From Chiloscyllium plagiosum (Eukaryota), in contig NC_057718.1 in NCBI RefSeq assembly GCF_004010195.1, positions 118,143 through 160,493 of the forward strand: DNA of 42,351 bases. The letters are read 5' to 3'. The number at the start of each line of letters is the position of its first letter. The stretch's first letter is position 1. The translations under genes were made by a program, and so were the position numbers. The notes under the pieces are model-generated. The model did no database searches and had not been told where the DNA came from. It was given only the letters and a program-made list of their open reading frames with translations. Shown piece after piece: positions 22,725 to 34,670 of this stretch.

Positions 22725-25022
22725 ATGGATTTTTTAAATCTGTTTAACTTTACTGAATTACACAGGAAACATTTTTCATTGTTAAACAGATGCAGGGTAT
22801 TTGTCTTAACTATAGGAAGTATTCCACCATTGAGATAAAATGTGAACATCTTTAATTGCTTGGTTATGACTTCCAATTTACATGGTTAATATATCCGTAG
22901 ACTGCAATATTAGGGAAGAAATCCTGCAGACACATTCTGCGCAATGAAGGATCTCTAATAAATATTATTACTGAGCACCACAGACAATGAAAGAGTAAAT
23001 TTCTGGTTCCAGAAGACCATATTGCAGATCATTATTTTCAGCCTCTAACATGTGACTGCCCTCTTCCTAAAGCCATTAAATGATAAAAGGCAACTTATTA
23101 TATTCCAGCCGGTCCTCACCACTGGCTGGGTCTGCAATCCACCCCCATCCTCCTTCTGCTCACACAAGCAAAACCAAGCTCAGGGTCTTTGTGAAAATCA
23201 AAGCCCGGTTTTCAGGGGAGAGTCTTTTAAAACTGAAGGGGGAGAGTGAAGGATGTCATATCCCTTACTCGGCTGAGGAGTGCAGATGGAGTTGAACTTG
23301 GATAAATGTGAGGCGTTGCATTTTGCTCAAGCGAAGTCAGACATATTAGTCAGAACAGAGAGACCTTGGCATTCAGGTACAGTTCTTTGAAGTTTGTATC
23401 ACACATACATCGGTTGTTAAAAAGGTGTTTATATAACTTACCTTCATTATACAACCTTGGAGTTGGAACATTATGTTGTGATTATGGAATACATTGATGA
23501 GGCCTCTTCTGGAGTACTGTATCCAGTTCTGGTCGGCCTCTTATAGGAATTACATTATTAACCTGGAGTCAGTTCAGGAGAAATTTACTAGGATGTTGCC
23601 TGGAATGGAGAGTTTGAGATAAAGTATTACGCTACATAGGCTGGGACGTTTTTCACTGGAGCCTAGCACGTTGATGGGTAACTTAGAGAGATTTATTAAA
23701 TCCTGAGAAGTATAGAACATAGAACATAGAACAATACAGCGCAGTACAGGCCCTTTGGCCCTCGATGTTGCGCCGATCCAAGCCCACCTAACCTACACTA
23801 GCCCACTATCCTCCATATGCCTATCCAATGCCCGCTTAAATGCCCATAATGAGGGAGAGTCCACCACTGCTACTGGCAGGGCATTCCATGAACTCACGAC
23901 TCGCTAACATCTGTCCTATACCTACCCCCCCAACTAACTGTCCAACTAAGTTTTCAAACAGGCAACATAAAGAACATAGGCTGAATTTTACCAGCCCAGT
24001 GAGTTGGTTTGGGAGGCAGGAGGCCTCATAAAATGGTACAGAATGTATTAAGAGGGGAGAATATTGTCTTTCTGCTATCATGATTCATTAGCAAGTGGTA
24101 GTGTGGCCATGCTTACCACAAGGCCAATAAATTCAATGAAGTGAAAAATTAAGGGCCACTCCTACCCCATCAGCATTTTACTAGAATCAGGAGGTGTGCT
24201 GTTGTGCAGATAGAACAGAGAAGGTCTTTTCCCTGGGGTGGGCGAATCCAGAACTAGACAGCAAAAGTTGAGGCTTAGAGGAGAAAGATTTATTAGGGAC
24301 CTAAGGGGCAACCTTGTCACTCAGAGGATGGTGCATGTATGGAATGAGCTGTCAGAGTAAGTTTTGGAGGCTGGTACAATTACAACATTTAAAAGGCATC
24401 TGGATGGGTAACACCGCTAGTGGCGGCACTCCAAGATGAACCTTTGCCATCAACTACTACCCTCTGTCTTCTTCCAGCCGGCCAATTCCTAATCCAAACC
24501 TCCAACTCGCCCTCAATGCCATACCTCCGTATTTTTTTGCAGTAGTCTACCATGGGGAACCTTCTCAAACGCCTTACTAAAATCCATATACACCACATCT
24601 ACTGCTTTCCCCTCGTCCACCTCCTTAGTCACCTTCTCGAAGAATTCAATAAGGTTTGTGAGGCACGACCTGCCCTTCACAAAACCATGCTGACTATCCT
24701 TGATCACATTATTCCTATCCAGATGTTCATAAATCCTATCCCTTACAATTCTCTTTAAGATTTTGCCCACAACAGAAGTGAGACTCACCGGCCTATAGTT
24801 ACTAGGGTTATCCCTACTCTCCTTCTTGAACAAGGGAACCACATTTGCTAGCCTCCAATCTTCTGGCACTACTCCTGTAGACAACGAGGACATAAAAATC
24901 AAGGCCAATGGCTCTGCAATCTCTTCCCTTGCTTCCCAGAGAATCCTAGGATAAATGCCATCAGGCCCAGGGGACGTATCTATAGATAAGGTGAATGGCA
25001 GATCTCTTTTTCCCTGGGATGG

Positions 25023-26783
25023 GAATCCGTGATACCGTTTAACCACCACTTCTGACTGTGTAATGACATGGGGAGGCAAGTAGAGAGCAATATTGTGTCA
25101 CTTGACACACCACAAAGACAGTCAGATCTTCCACACATGTAGATGTGCACACACACACACACGCAAACGCATACAAACTACACAGACTCGGATGCACACA
25201 CAACCCAATATAGACACATGGAGACACACATTAATATGATGACATGTGAGTCTGTCAGTAATATCTCTTGTTCCTTGGTGCATTGTAATATTTCACTCAC
25301 TCTGTCTACTTTGTGTAAGTATTTCCAGTGCTTAGTTGGCAGTGTATCATTATTTGATTAGCTCCAAGAAAAAATTGTCAATGTTTTGATCGGTCCGTGG
25401 GGTGTGTATCAATATTTCACTTGCTTATACCAGTGAGTATGTCAGTATGTCAGTTGTTCTGCATAAAACATGACTATGACAATTTCAAGTCTCGGGAGAT
25501 AGTGAAAGGTGAGAGGAGAAAGATTTTTAAAACTACATTCTTTTAATTAAACAAACAGTGGTTCGTGTGTGAAATGAACCTCCACAGGAAAAGGTGGGTG
25601 AGGGTGCAGTTACAATGTTGTAAAATCATTTGGATAAGTTCATGAATAAGAGAAGGTTTGTAAAAATAAGGGCGCAGGCAGATGGAACGAGTTTAGTTTG
25701 GGACTAAGTTCAGTATGGACAGGTTGGACCGAAGATTCTGTTTCTGGACATTATGACTGTAGGTGCGTTTGTGTGTCTGTGTATGGATCATAGTGTTTCT
25801 GTCTGTGTTAATGCCTATTTCTGTGTGTCCCCCTTGCATGTCTATCACTGTACGTGTTATGCGTGTTCCTGTATTAGTCTGTGTATGTATGTTTGTATCT
25901 CTACCTGTGCATCTCTGTGCGATGACAACTCTTTTGTTTTGGGTGTGAATTATTGAAATGAGAGTCAAAGTCTCTCTCTCCCCCTGCCTCTACCTCCAGC
26001 TGCTCCTATTTTGTTTAAAGTGATACAATGCAGTCTTTTTCTGTTGGTTTTAGTACATTTAAATCAATTCTCACATGTAAGATTAATTGTAAGAGTAAGT
26101 CATAAAACTTTGCAAGTTACAGAAAATGCAATAAAATTCATCTCATCTCCTTCAAAAATGGTTCATTCGGAGGTGCCTGGATATAATTACAGTGGAAATA
26201 CTTTTTAATGTGTATACTCTGTGTCAGGGTCAGGAAAACTGCCCAGAAACAAATCATTTCCACATTGCAAAGACAGTGCAAACATTTCTCCACATGTGCA
26301 TATTCCACTCTGAGGGCCCTGAGTATAGTTGCAATCCTCCCAATACTAGACTGTGTGTCTGTGTATATGTGTGTGGGTTAATGGTGCTGTCAGTTTGAAT
26401 GATGCTGTGAGCTGCTGTCCTCCCTCTCTGACTGAATCCGTGATACCATTTAACCACCACTTCTGACTGTGCAATGACATGGGGAGGCAAGCAGAGAGCG
26501 ATATTGTGTCACTTGACACACCACAAAGACTCTGGATTAGTGGTGCTCCAGAATCTGGTTTCCAGCATCTGCAGTCATTGTTTCTACCTACACCACAAAG
26601 ACAGTCAGATCTTGATCAGTCGATGCTTAGTTGGCAGTGTATCATTATTTGATTGGCTCCAAGAAAAATTTGTCAACGTTTCGGTCGGTCCGTGGGGAGT
26701 GAATTAATACTTCACTTGCTTATACCAGTGAGTACGTCAGTATGTCAGTTGTTCTGCATGAAACATGACTATGACAATTTCAA
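25023..26783 (+). repeat. Local duplication of ~270 bp of apparently unique sequence (25023-25488 and 26434-26783)
   Basis: gaatccgtgatacc...atgactatgacaatttcaa occurs twice, each copy with a private insertion. Confidence 0.9.
26531..26589 (+). mobile_element. 59-bp minimal PLE insertion (inverted stub plus tail)
   Basis: Perfect 13-bp TSD acaccacaaagac at 26518-26530 and 26590-26602; the empty site is present in the paralogous copy near 25107-25119. Confidence 0.9.
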
Positions 26784-27304
26784 TGCTTGCGGATGGCACC
26801 AAACCTGGAAGAATCAGAAAGTGTTTGGAGGACAGTGTAGAACTCCAATGGGACAGTGACAAGTTGCTTAGTATTCAGCGATATGGCAAATGAAGTTCGA
26901 TGCAGTTCAGTACGAACTGATGAACTTTGATAGGAAGAACATTGAAAAACAATATACAATAGACTGTACATTTATAAAGGGATACAGCAGCAAAGGGTTC
27001 TGGGTGCATATGATCACAGATTATCGAAGATGTCAGAAGAGTTGGAGACAACTGGGAGATCACAGAGACGATGTGTTGTGAGACCACGCTGTTGCCCCCC
27101 GAGACCTTGGAGATTCCATTTGTACCGGCTCAACATAAAAGACAGGTGGCATCAGTGCCGTGGCTTCTGTGTTGTGCCAGATGGAAACAGAACCGACAGT
27201 GCGTTTAGAGCGAGAATTGACTTTCACTGAACATTTCTCCTTACACAGTTGGTACAATGTAGATGTTTCCTAATCTCTACACGAGTAGTTCTGGTCCTCT
27301 CCAA

Positions 27305-27771
27305 TGTTGTGGGAAAAATCACCAGCCTCCAAGTCAGAGTTGGGGTTCAATGACAGAGTTTATTGTACAAGGAAATACCGGAGCTCTGGGGAGAGAAAGA
27401 CACCAACAGCACAGTGGTCAGCTGCAAGTCTTCTCTCTACCCAGAGCACATATCAAGATACTTTTATACATTTTGTCACATAATAGGTCAGCGATGAGGC
27501 TATTGTCTCTGTAACATAGTTTGTTTATTGTAAACTTTGCAGAATCATTGATAGTTTCAATGCAGTCGTTGTCAGTTCCAGCACAGCTTTTGTTAATGTC
27601 AGTGCTGTCATTGTCAGTTTCAGTGCAGATATTGTCAATTTCAACATCTGCGCAGATTTCCAATGCTGTAGTAATGGGTGTTAATCACTCTTTCCAAGAA
27701 GGACGATTACTGCAGCCCAGGCTATCAACACTTTGTATTGAGTCCGTATCAAACAATTCGCATTTCTATCA
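27305..27771 (-). mobile_element. Probable solo LTR
   Basis: TG...CA ends. On the minus strand TATAAAA (~27465) lies about 100 nt before AATAAA (~27360). Degenerate tgtcagtttca repeats in the U3-like part. No clear TSD. Confidence 0.4.
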
Positions 27772-27886
27772 AAGGTAAAAACAATGACTGCAGATGCTGG
27801 AAACCAGATTCTGGATTAGTGGTGCTGGAAGAGCACAGCAATTCAGGCAGCATCCAAGGAGCTTTGAAATCGACGTTTCGGGCAAA
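27772..27886 (-). mobile_element. PLE family A 3' end, truncated in hammerhead stem II
   Basis: ggtaaaaacaatgactgcagatgctgg...gaaatcgacgtttcgggcaaa. Confidence 0.8.
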
Positions 27887-27919
27887 TTGGACTCAGACAC
27901 TTCAGCAAGCAGTATAAGC

Positions 27920-29097
27920 TATTCATGTGTATGCTCTCCCCGACTGGCCTTAAACTGATCAACTAGGTTGTGAGTGCATTGTGCTGGCATCCGGGTGGCC
28001 CCTGGCAGTATCTGTGTTTGCTCTGCTGTCTCTCTCCATATTGTGGTCCGGCAGCCATCTTGTGTGCCAAGTGGCCAACTTATGCCTAGTGTTACCCTGC
28101 CCCATGCCATCTCCCACTTCACCAAATTATGTCAGGGCCCTCCCCACATGGTGGGGATAAAAGCATGAGGGAACAGATATCAGGGACTCTAACACTCACC
28201 ATGGCACTTTCTGTCCTATTACATGCTGTTTCTCCTAAGGAAAGGGAAGCAGTGAGTGAGGGTGGAAGTGGGTGACCCTGCTGGTTGTGCTGGTTTGGGT
28301 TTGGGAGAGAAAATAGTGAGGTGCCCAAAATGAATCAGTCGATAGTTTTGGATCTATAGAGTTTTATTGGTGCAGGGGTATTGTGAAAGGAGAGAGAGAA
28401 AAGGGGCAAGATGCTGCATGCAGTAGTGAGAGTGGTCGAGTATGTGCCTTATTCAGGGTAGGTGCTACAACAGATAAACAGTGAGTGTGAGAGAGCAGAG
28501 AGAATACGGTGACACCTATCCTGTCAGAGTGGGTATAGTTATTGACACTTGTCCTATATTGTTGGACATTTCTTCAAATGTGATACATGGGTGGCAAACT
28601 CGGCTCGGCAGGTCTGGTGGTGTGGTCTCCTCTGGGAAGAGAATGGTCCTCCTCTGCACTAGACCATCCACCAGGACCTCCATGCCCCTGTTGACAAATA
28701 GCCCCTTATCTGTCATTCTCAAAGTAAACCATGCAGGGCAGCTCTGAACTGAGAAGGTTCAACCACGTGTCCATTGTCCTTTTAAAGGTAGACCAGTGCC
28801 AGGGATCATGGAATTTCCAGGGTTATATGGGCGATGGTGAGTACCTCCAACCATGATGGCTGGGAGAATCGGGCTGGTATTGAAAGGGAGGGATGCCAAG
28901 GCGTAGGTCATTAATGAGGTGATTTGGATAAGATAGCACCAGAAAACTACCCTTGTGCAGACAATCCCTCTGTCACACTCAATTGTTGACCTTACTCACG
29001 GTTAAGAAGCTGCAGAACGAGTGCTCATTCAAAACTCTCCATCACCTAAAATTGCATGAAAACCCTATTTATTCAACATTACTGGAAATTCTGACCC
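27920..29097 (-). mobile_element. Degenerate PIF/Harbinger element with a Myb/SANT-like ORF relic
   Basis: F.NRGMEVLVDGLVQRRTILFP (28716-28620) resembles Harbinger Myb-like N-termini as I recall them. TIR-like gggtcagaatttcc end at 29097. Confidence 0.45.
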
Positions 29098-29741
29098 ATT
29101 TTGCAGAACGCTATTGAAAAATCTTCATTTCAGCATTTTGAAACCAGTGAACTCATCTTTCCATGACATTGTCTCTCCGTCTCCCTCTTTCTGTCTGTAT
29201 TCCAAAATTCTCCCAGTGATTTCATGTCCATAGTACCTCTTGTCATGGCTCAATTGAGACATGGAGCTATAAATAGATGGGAGTTGCATGTCCTGTCACC
29301 TCCAGCATGGGCTGAAAGTTTCCCCACGCTGGGCAGCAGTCTAACACAGTCTTACCAAGCACTGGGGTTGTCTACACAATACTGCTTGCTGGGGGTATTA
29401 TTCCTCTAGGTTTACAGACCAATTCATTGCTGCTCGCTGCATAGCATTCAAGGTGAGCAGACATCTACTCCAGGTTAAAAATAAATAGACCACTATGGTC
29501 TGTAGTGTTCCCCGTGCTGGTCACATAACCAGTCTGAGTTGATAGATCAATGCACTGTTGTGGTGTGCAGAAGTTCCACAGATGGCTGGAGGGTACTTGC
29601 TTGTACATTAGCCTGTCTACACTTTGCTTTTCTGATGTTTCATCTAGGTTTATAGTGTCTGGGATGTTTCTGTAAGGTAGATTGAGAATGCAGTACAACC
29701 AACCATTTCAGCTGATCTGGCAATGCCTTTATTTTATGTTC

Positions 29742-30097
29742 AAAATGTATTGCTGGAAAAGTGCAGCAGGTCAGGCAGCATCCAAGGAGCAGGAGAATCG
29801 ATGTTTCGGGCATGAGCCCTTCCTCAGGAATGAGGCGAGTGTGCCAAGCAGGCTAAGATAAAAGTTAGGGAGGAGGGACTTGGGGGAGTGGCGTTGGAAT
29901 CCTCCAACCACAAGGGATGAACTCAGATTTCTCCAGTTTCCTCATTTCCCCTCCCCCCAACTTATCTCAGTCCCAACCCTCAAACTCAGCACCACCTTCC
30001 TAATCTGCAATCTTCTCCCTGACCTCTCCGCCCCCGCTTTTCCAGCAACACATTTTCAGCTCTGATCTCCAGCACCTGCAGTCCTCACTTTCTCCTG
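29742..30097. mobile_element. PLE family A with inverted arms; hammerhead motif on minus at 29796-29831
   Basis: 12-bp TSD tattttatgttc at 29730-29741 and 30098-30109. Reverse complement attc-CTGAGGA-a-gggc/tcat/gccc-GAAACATC-gatt. Confidence 0.85.
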
Positions 30098-30270
30098 TAT
30101 TTTATGTTCTCAGTTTGATGATTTACCCTTCAACAGCTGACTCCGAATGGTCCCATTCCAGTTTCAACCCCCGTATTTCTGCAACTTCTTGTCCAATAAA
30201 TAATTTTCCAATTTAAACGTGAATAACTCTGCTATATATTTACCTGGCCTTTGGTACTGTTCACTCTGGA

Positions 30271-30852
30271 GTTAAAAATCACACAACACCAGGTTATATT
30301 CCAACAGATTTACTTGGAAGCACTTGCTTTCAGAGCACTGCTCCCTCATCAGGTGGTTGTGGAGTATAACTTATACAAAATTACATTTTACTTGCACAAA
30401 AACTGCATGAATCCATATAAGATTCTGTAAATCAGTTTTTTAAGATTAGAATCAGACTGACCATTGTGGCACAGACAGCTTTACAGGAAGTTAACACCTT
30501 CAATACCTTATCTGGGCCGACACGACATCAATTGTTAGCGTGCACTTGAGAATGTAACCTTTAAAAAAAAGATTTACGATTTACATACGAAAGAATTGAA
30601 ACCAACATGGTCATGCTAAAAGATGAGAGACTTAACAAACAATCCGGGTCATTTTCAATATATAATTTCAGTCACTTCACTTTGTAAACTTTTGTTATAA
30701 ATTCTGTGTCTTACAATCTTATTCTTCACAATCACCTGATGAAGGAGCAGCACTCCAAAAGCTAGTGCTTCCAAATAAACCTGTTAGACTATAACCCGGT
30801 GTTGTGATTTTTAACTTTGTCCACTTCAGTTCAACACTGGCATCTCCAAATC
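30271..30852. mobile_element. PLE family B variant with inverted arms and two degenerate hammerhead motifs (minus ~30321-30355, plus ~30733-30767)
   Basis: Ends match 1977ff and 4740-4884. Confidence 0.85.
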
Positions 30853-31728
30853 CTGTTCCTGTGTAATAGGTTTGTGAAAATAGATGTCCTCCTCCTGCTC
30901 CTGAGTAACAGGCTCCAATAGCTGTATGCTCACCTGCTGCTCCTGTGGAAGGGAATTGAGCGACTGAATCGTCTCTTCCCATTCCTTACAGCTTCTATTG
31001 ACTGAAAGCCTTTTGCCTGTTTCTGTAAAACATCTCAAAACCTGAATCATGTGTTTGTGTTTTCTTTCTCAGTAAAGGAGCAACCAAGCTGAATGCCAAT
31101 GCTTTTGGATGATAGATGTGAAAAGCTTCTGTGTAACAGGCTCGAGAGGCTGAATGGCCTCCTCCTATCCCTCTGTCACAGGCCTATGGAGAAACAATTA
31201 CTTCCCCTATTTCTGAGCAGCATGTTGATACTCTTTCTCAAGGTTATGAAAGGGTTTGATAACATGGCACTTAAAATTTGGAGCAACATTACACAAAATC
31301 ACCGACAATAACTATTATTATTCTAGTTTATGGTCTCAACTAGATATTTTATGCAGCTCGTCTGTTTTTTTTTATCCCTGTCTCCTTTTTCAACAGGGTC
31401 GGACATATACAACCCTGCAGTGTTCTGGCACTACTTACGCACACAAGGGAGAAAGATTAAAAGGATTGAAAGATTAATAGTCCATCCCTCACCAACCCGC
31501 TACAGTCCATCCAGATTGCTCCTTTTTAATGTAAAATGAAAAGTGATGTAAGGAAGGAGTTAACTGAAACTGTTTGTTAAGTGATTGCGATTAAATGTCA
31601 GTCTCTATGGATTCTAATTATCCCAGTAAAGGGTTCCCATCTTTTAATTATACGTGGGCTCCATTCAATGTGCCAAGGTATCCAACAGCACTAAAAGGGA
31701 TCAGCAGCTCCAGAGAGAGGGGAGGAAA

Positions 31729-31854
31729 CATCGGAATTTGAGAACATTAGACAGGAATATTCCAACAATGGATCCGAATTTGAGAAAAATAGACTAGAAT
31801 GTTTCAACAACGGATCAATATCTGAGAACTTTAGACGAGAATGTTCCAATAGTG
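31729..31854 (+). repeat. 21-bp tandem repeat x6, homologous to 1290-1373
   Basis: HRNLRTL/DRNIPTM/DPNLRKI/D*NVSTT/DQYLRTL/DENVPIV. Confidence 0.85.
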
Positions 31855-31990
31855 GACAGGGGTTTATCCAAGGAGGTTTGGATTCTTCCTACACATTATG
31901 ATTGATCATCTTTAACACTGCAGATCCAATATGCACTTTACATTATTCAGTATTTTTATTATTCTATCCTGGCTTTCTGTGGTGTCCCTG
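31768..31990 (+). pseudogene. Pseudogenised paralogous exon 1 of the GPR139-like GPCR
   Basis: MDPNLRKID*NVSTT...HYD*SSLTLQIQYALYIIQYFYYSILAFCGVP. TAG at 31795 and TGA at 31903 both align with Trp in copy 1. The donor reads G|ACAAGT instead of G|GTAAGT. Confidence 0.8.
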
Positions 31991-32260
31991 ACAAGTCTCA
32001 CTGTCCAGTTATTGGTTCTATAAATTATGTATAACTGTTTTCCATTCTTTTCAAAATTCTACACTCCTTGCTGCTGTTTTTGTTCCTGCTGGGAGTCTGA
32101 CTCCAGATATTCACTCAGCAAACCATTACTAACTACATCAGTAAAGTTGTTCATTCACAATCTCCCTCTTTGTTTCTGTCAGTGTCCCTTGTGGGGAGCA
32201 CAGAGATCACTGTCTTCTGTTTTAGTTACAGACTGCATTTCCTGCCTCTGACTCCATCCT

Positions 32261-32397
32261 ACTCATTCCTGATGAAGGGCTTTTGGCTGAAACGTCAATT
32301 TTCCTGCTCCTTGGATGCTGCCTGACCTGCTGTGCTTTTCCAGCAACACTCTGATCTTGATTCTGACCTCCAGCATCTGTGGGTCTTTTTCGCCTTT
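32261..32397 (+). mobile_element. PLE family A 3' end with hammerhead motif 32265-32300 (stem II damaged)
   Basis: attc-CTGATGA-a-gggcttttggct-GAAACGTC-aatt. Confidence 0.8.
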
Positions 32398-32898
32398 TTC
32401 ACCTCCATTCTATCAGTGGCCAATATCTCAGGCTGAAACAGATGAATTACAATGGTGTTGAAACGTTTGGCCATTAGCTGATACCTGACATCATACCATG
32501 ACCATTCCTAAATTTAACTGCTGACACCATCAGAACATACTTCACTGGCTCATCCCATCTGCTATTTGAACCTTGAGCTATGAAGTACAGTCTTAATGAT
32601 GTCAATAATCTGCTGCTGACACTCCCAGCTTCAAAGCTGCAGAAGCAATCTGAGTCAAAACTCAATTACTCATATCCGAACTCATACCAAAATCCCATCC
32701 ATCCATCATTCCTGTGTGCACTGATCAATAATGCTATTGAGTCTGGCAATGCTTTTGTTTTAATATTCTCAAGCATATTGTGGGATATAGGTAAAGTAGC
32801 GTTACTTCTGCAATCATATTTACTTATGCAAGGTAAATGAACTCGCACCAGTGTATAATTGTTTCAGCCAAGAGCTGAGTCAACAAGAATGGAAACTA

Positions 32899-33462
32899 TG
32901 TGAAGGAAATACATAATTGTTTTTGTATTAGCTGAAATGTGCCTGCAAAGAATGATAGATGTTACAGACAAATAGATAAGGTGCTGTGAGGGGAGGGGGT
33001 TAAGCTAGATACGCCTGTACAAACAGTAGTTATAGGCATCTGTTTCCCGCTTCTGCAAAAACAAGAACAAAACACAATCAAGAAGTCATGAGGTCATAAG
33101 GTCATAACAAGTAAGGGAGGATATACCTAACAATGGACCGCAGCAGGATGTGGTCAAACGGCCTTGTGAGGCCAGAAATAAGCATTTTGTCACAGACAAG
33201 GCCGGATAAGGCAAGAGATGAACAAGAGTAATGGGCGCCGGTCTTAGAGAGGTGGGAGATGTAAACAGGGGAGGAGCAATGGGAGGAGAGAATAGGGACC
33301 AAATTACATAAATGTTGTGTACTAGTTGAATTCAGTGTGTGTGTCCCTGCCTTGTGGACAGTGGACACCACACCCTCTTGCAAGAGTAAAATAAATGACA
33401 CTACTGATTCAGATCTTGTCTCGGACTGAAATCATTGAAGTGAGTGAGCTTTGTTTCTCACA
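32899..33462 (+). mobile_element. Probable solo LTR (ERV/gypsy-like)
   Basis: tgtga...tcaca inverted termini, cataaa TATA-like ~33308, AATAAA ~33390. No clear TSD. Confidence 0.5.
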
Positions 33463-33871
33463 ATATCATCACATCTGTCCAGAAACATGTCTCAGTCTCT
33501 CTCTGTTGATTATACAAAAACCTGTTGGTTGTTTCACTTTTAAACGTTTTTACCTCTGTGCGTGTTCTCTCTCAAACAATGTTTTCACATCTAACCTTCC
33601 CTCCACAAACTCCCACAATCCCCCACTCTCACCAACCCTTACACACTCACTCACACATGCACATCCCTTCTCTTGTATTAGTTCAATAGAGATATCAAGA
33701 CATAACTTTGTGGGAGCCCCATTTACTGTAACTCAGCATTGGCTTCAAGTTTTCCTATGTTAGCTAATTAGCTAGTGCAAGTATAGTAGCAATACACTGC
33801 CAAAAAAATTGCAATGCCCTCTATGTTGGACAGTTAGTCCAATTTACTGAGCAATACACCAGTTTGATCTA

Positions 33872-34085
33872 GGAGAAAGTGAGGACCGCAGATGCTGGAG
33901 ATCAGAGCTGAAAATGTGTTGCTGGAAAAGCACAGCAGGTCAGGCAGCATCCAAGGAGCAGGAGAATCGACGTTTCGGGCATGAGCACTTCTTCCTGAAG
34001 AAGGGCTCATGGCAGAAATGTCGATTCTCCTGCTCCTTGGATGCTGCCTGACCTGCTGCGCTTTTCCAGCAACACATTTTCAGCG
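33872..34085. mobile_element. Miniature fold-back PLE (family A), tail on the left
   Basis: Inverted arms; 13-bp TSD ccagttt(g/a)atcta at 33859-33871 and 34086-34098. Confidence 0.9.
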
Positions 34086-34299
34086 CCAGTTTAATCTACA
34101 CAGCTCTCGATGCTGGGCGGTCATTTTGTCCCAGTTTATGCTGCCTGGGCTGGTTCTGTGAGACATGTTTAGAATTTGATAGAAAGAAACATTTCAACTG
34201 CTCTGGTATTGATTTTATTGGATGTTTCCAACATCTCACTTCTCCACATATTCCTACTCCACTGTCTTTTTTCCAATATTTCCACAACATGGAGTCTTA

Positions 34300-34580
34300 G
34301 AGAACATATACCATGGAGACAGACCCTCTGGTCCAACTCATTCAAGCCAACCACACATTCTAAATTAATCTAGTCCCAGTTGGCAGCACTTGCTCCATAC
34401 TCCTCTAAACCTTTCCTATTCACGTAACCATCCCCATGCCTTTTAAATGTTATAAATGTACCAGTCTCCATCACTTCCTCTGGCAGTTCATTTCATTCAT
34501 GCACTATCTTCAGTGTGAAAAAACTGCCCCTTATGTCCATTTTAAACCTTTCCCCTCTCATTTTAAACCTATGCCCTCCG
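34300..34580 (-). mobile_element. CR1 3' tail fragment
   Basis: Homologous to 9600-9840 and 21781-22155. Confidence 0.7.
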
Positions 34581-34670
34581 GGCACATTCTCAGTTAATTA
34601 ATTGTTTCTTTCTATCTTTAATGTGGACCTTTCTGTCCATCTGAGTCTTTCCCTGACCTTGGTTTATGGC

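Larger units (their letters stand above)
21560..25755. mobile_element. Mosaic of CR1 fragments (plus 21560-21780, 23275-23715, 24215-24410, 24981-25755; minus 21781-22155, 23716-23905, 24409-24985)
   Basis: RT motifs throughout. The minus copy reads SPGPDGIYPRIL..NYRPVSLTS..QHGFVKGRSCLTNL..MDFSKAF. acatagaacatagaa tail at 23716. Confidence 0.75.

Noticed and set aside
27222..27307. Acceptor-like tract (...ctccttacacag) followed by sequence faintly resembling the start of a GPR139-like exon 2
   Set aside because: In-frame stop after four codons, similarity requires several gaps, and no 7TM sequence resumes after the adjacent repeats. A tBLASTn search would settle it.
30826..31050. 74-aa ORF with a repeated P(V/I)TQEQ
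   Set aside because: It runs into a PLE terminus and has no recognisable homology or splice support.
31903..31905. In-frame TGA as selenocysteine or readthrough
   Set aside because: It aligns with Trp and is accompanied by a TAG and a dead donor, so ordinary pseudogenisation explains it.
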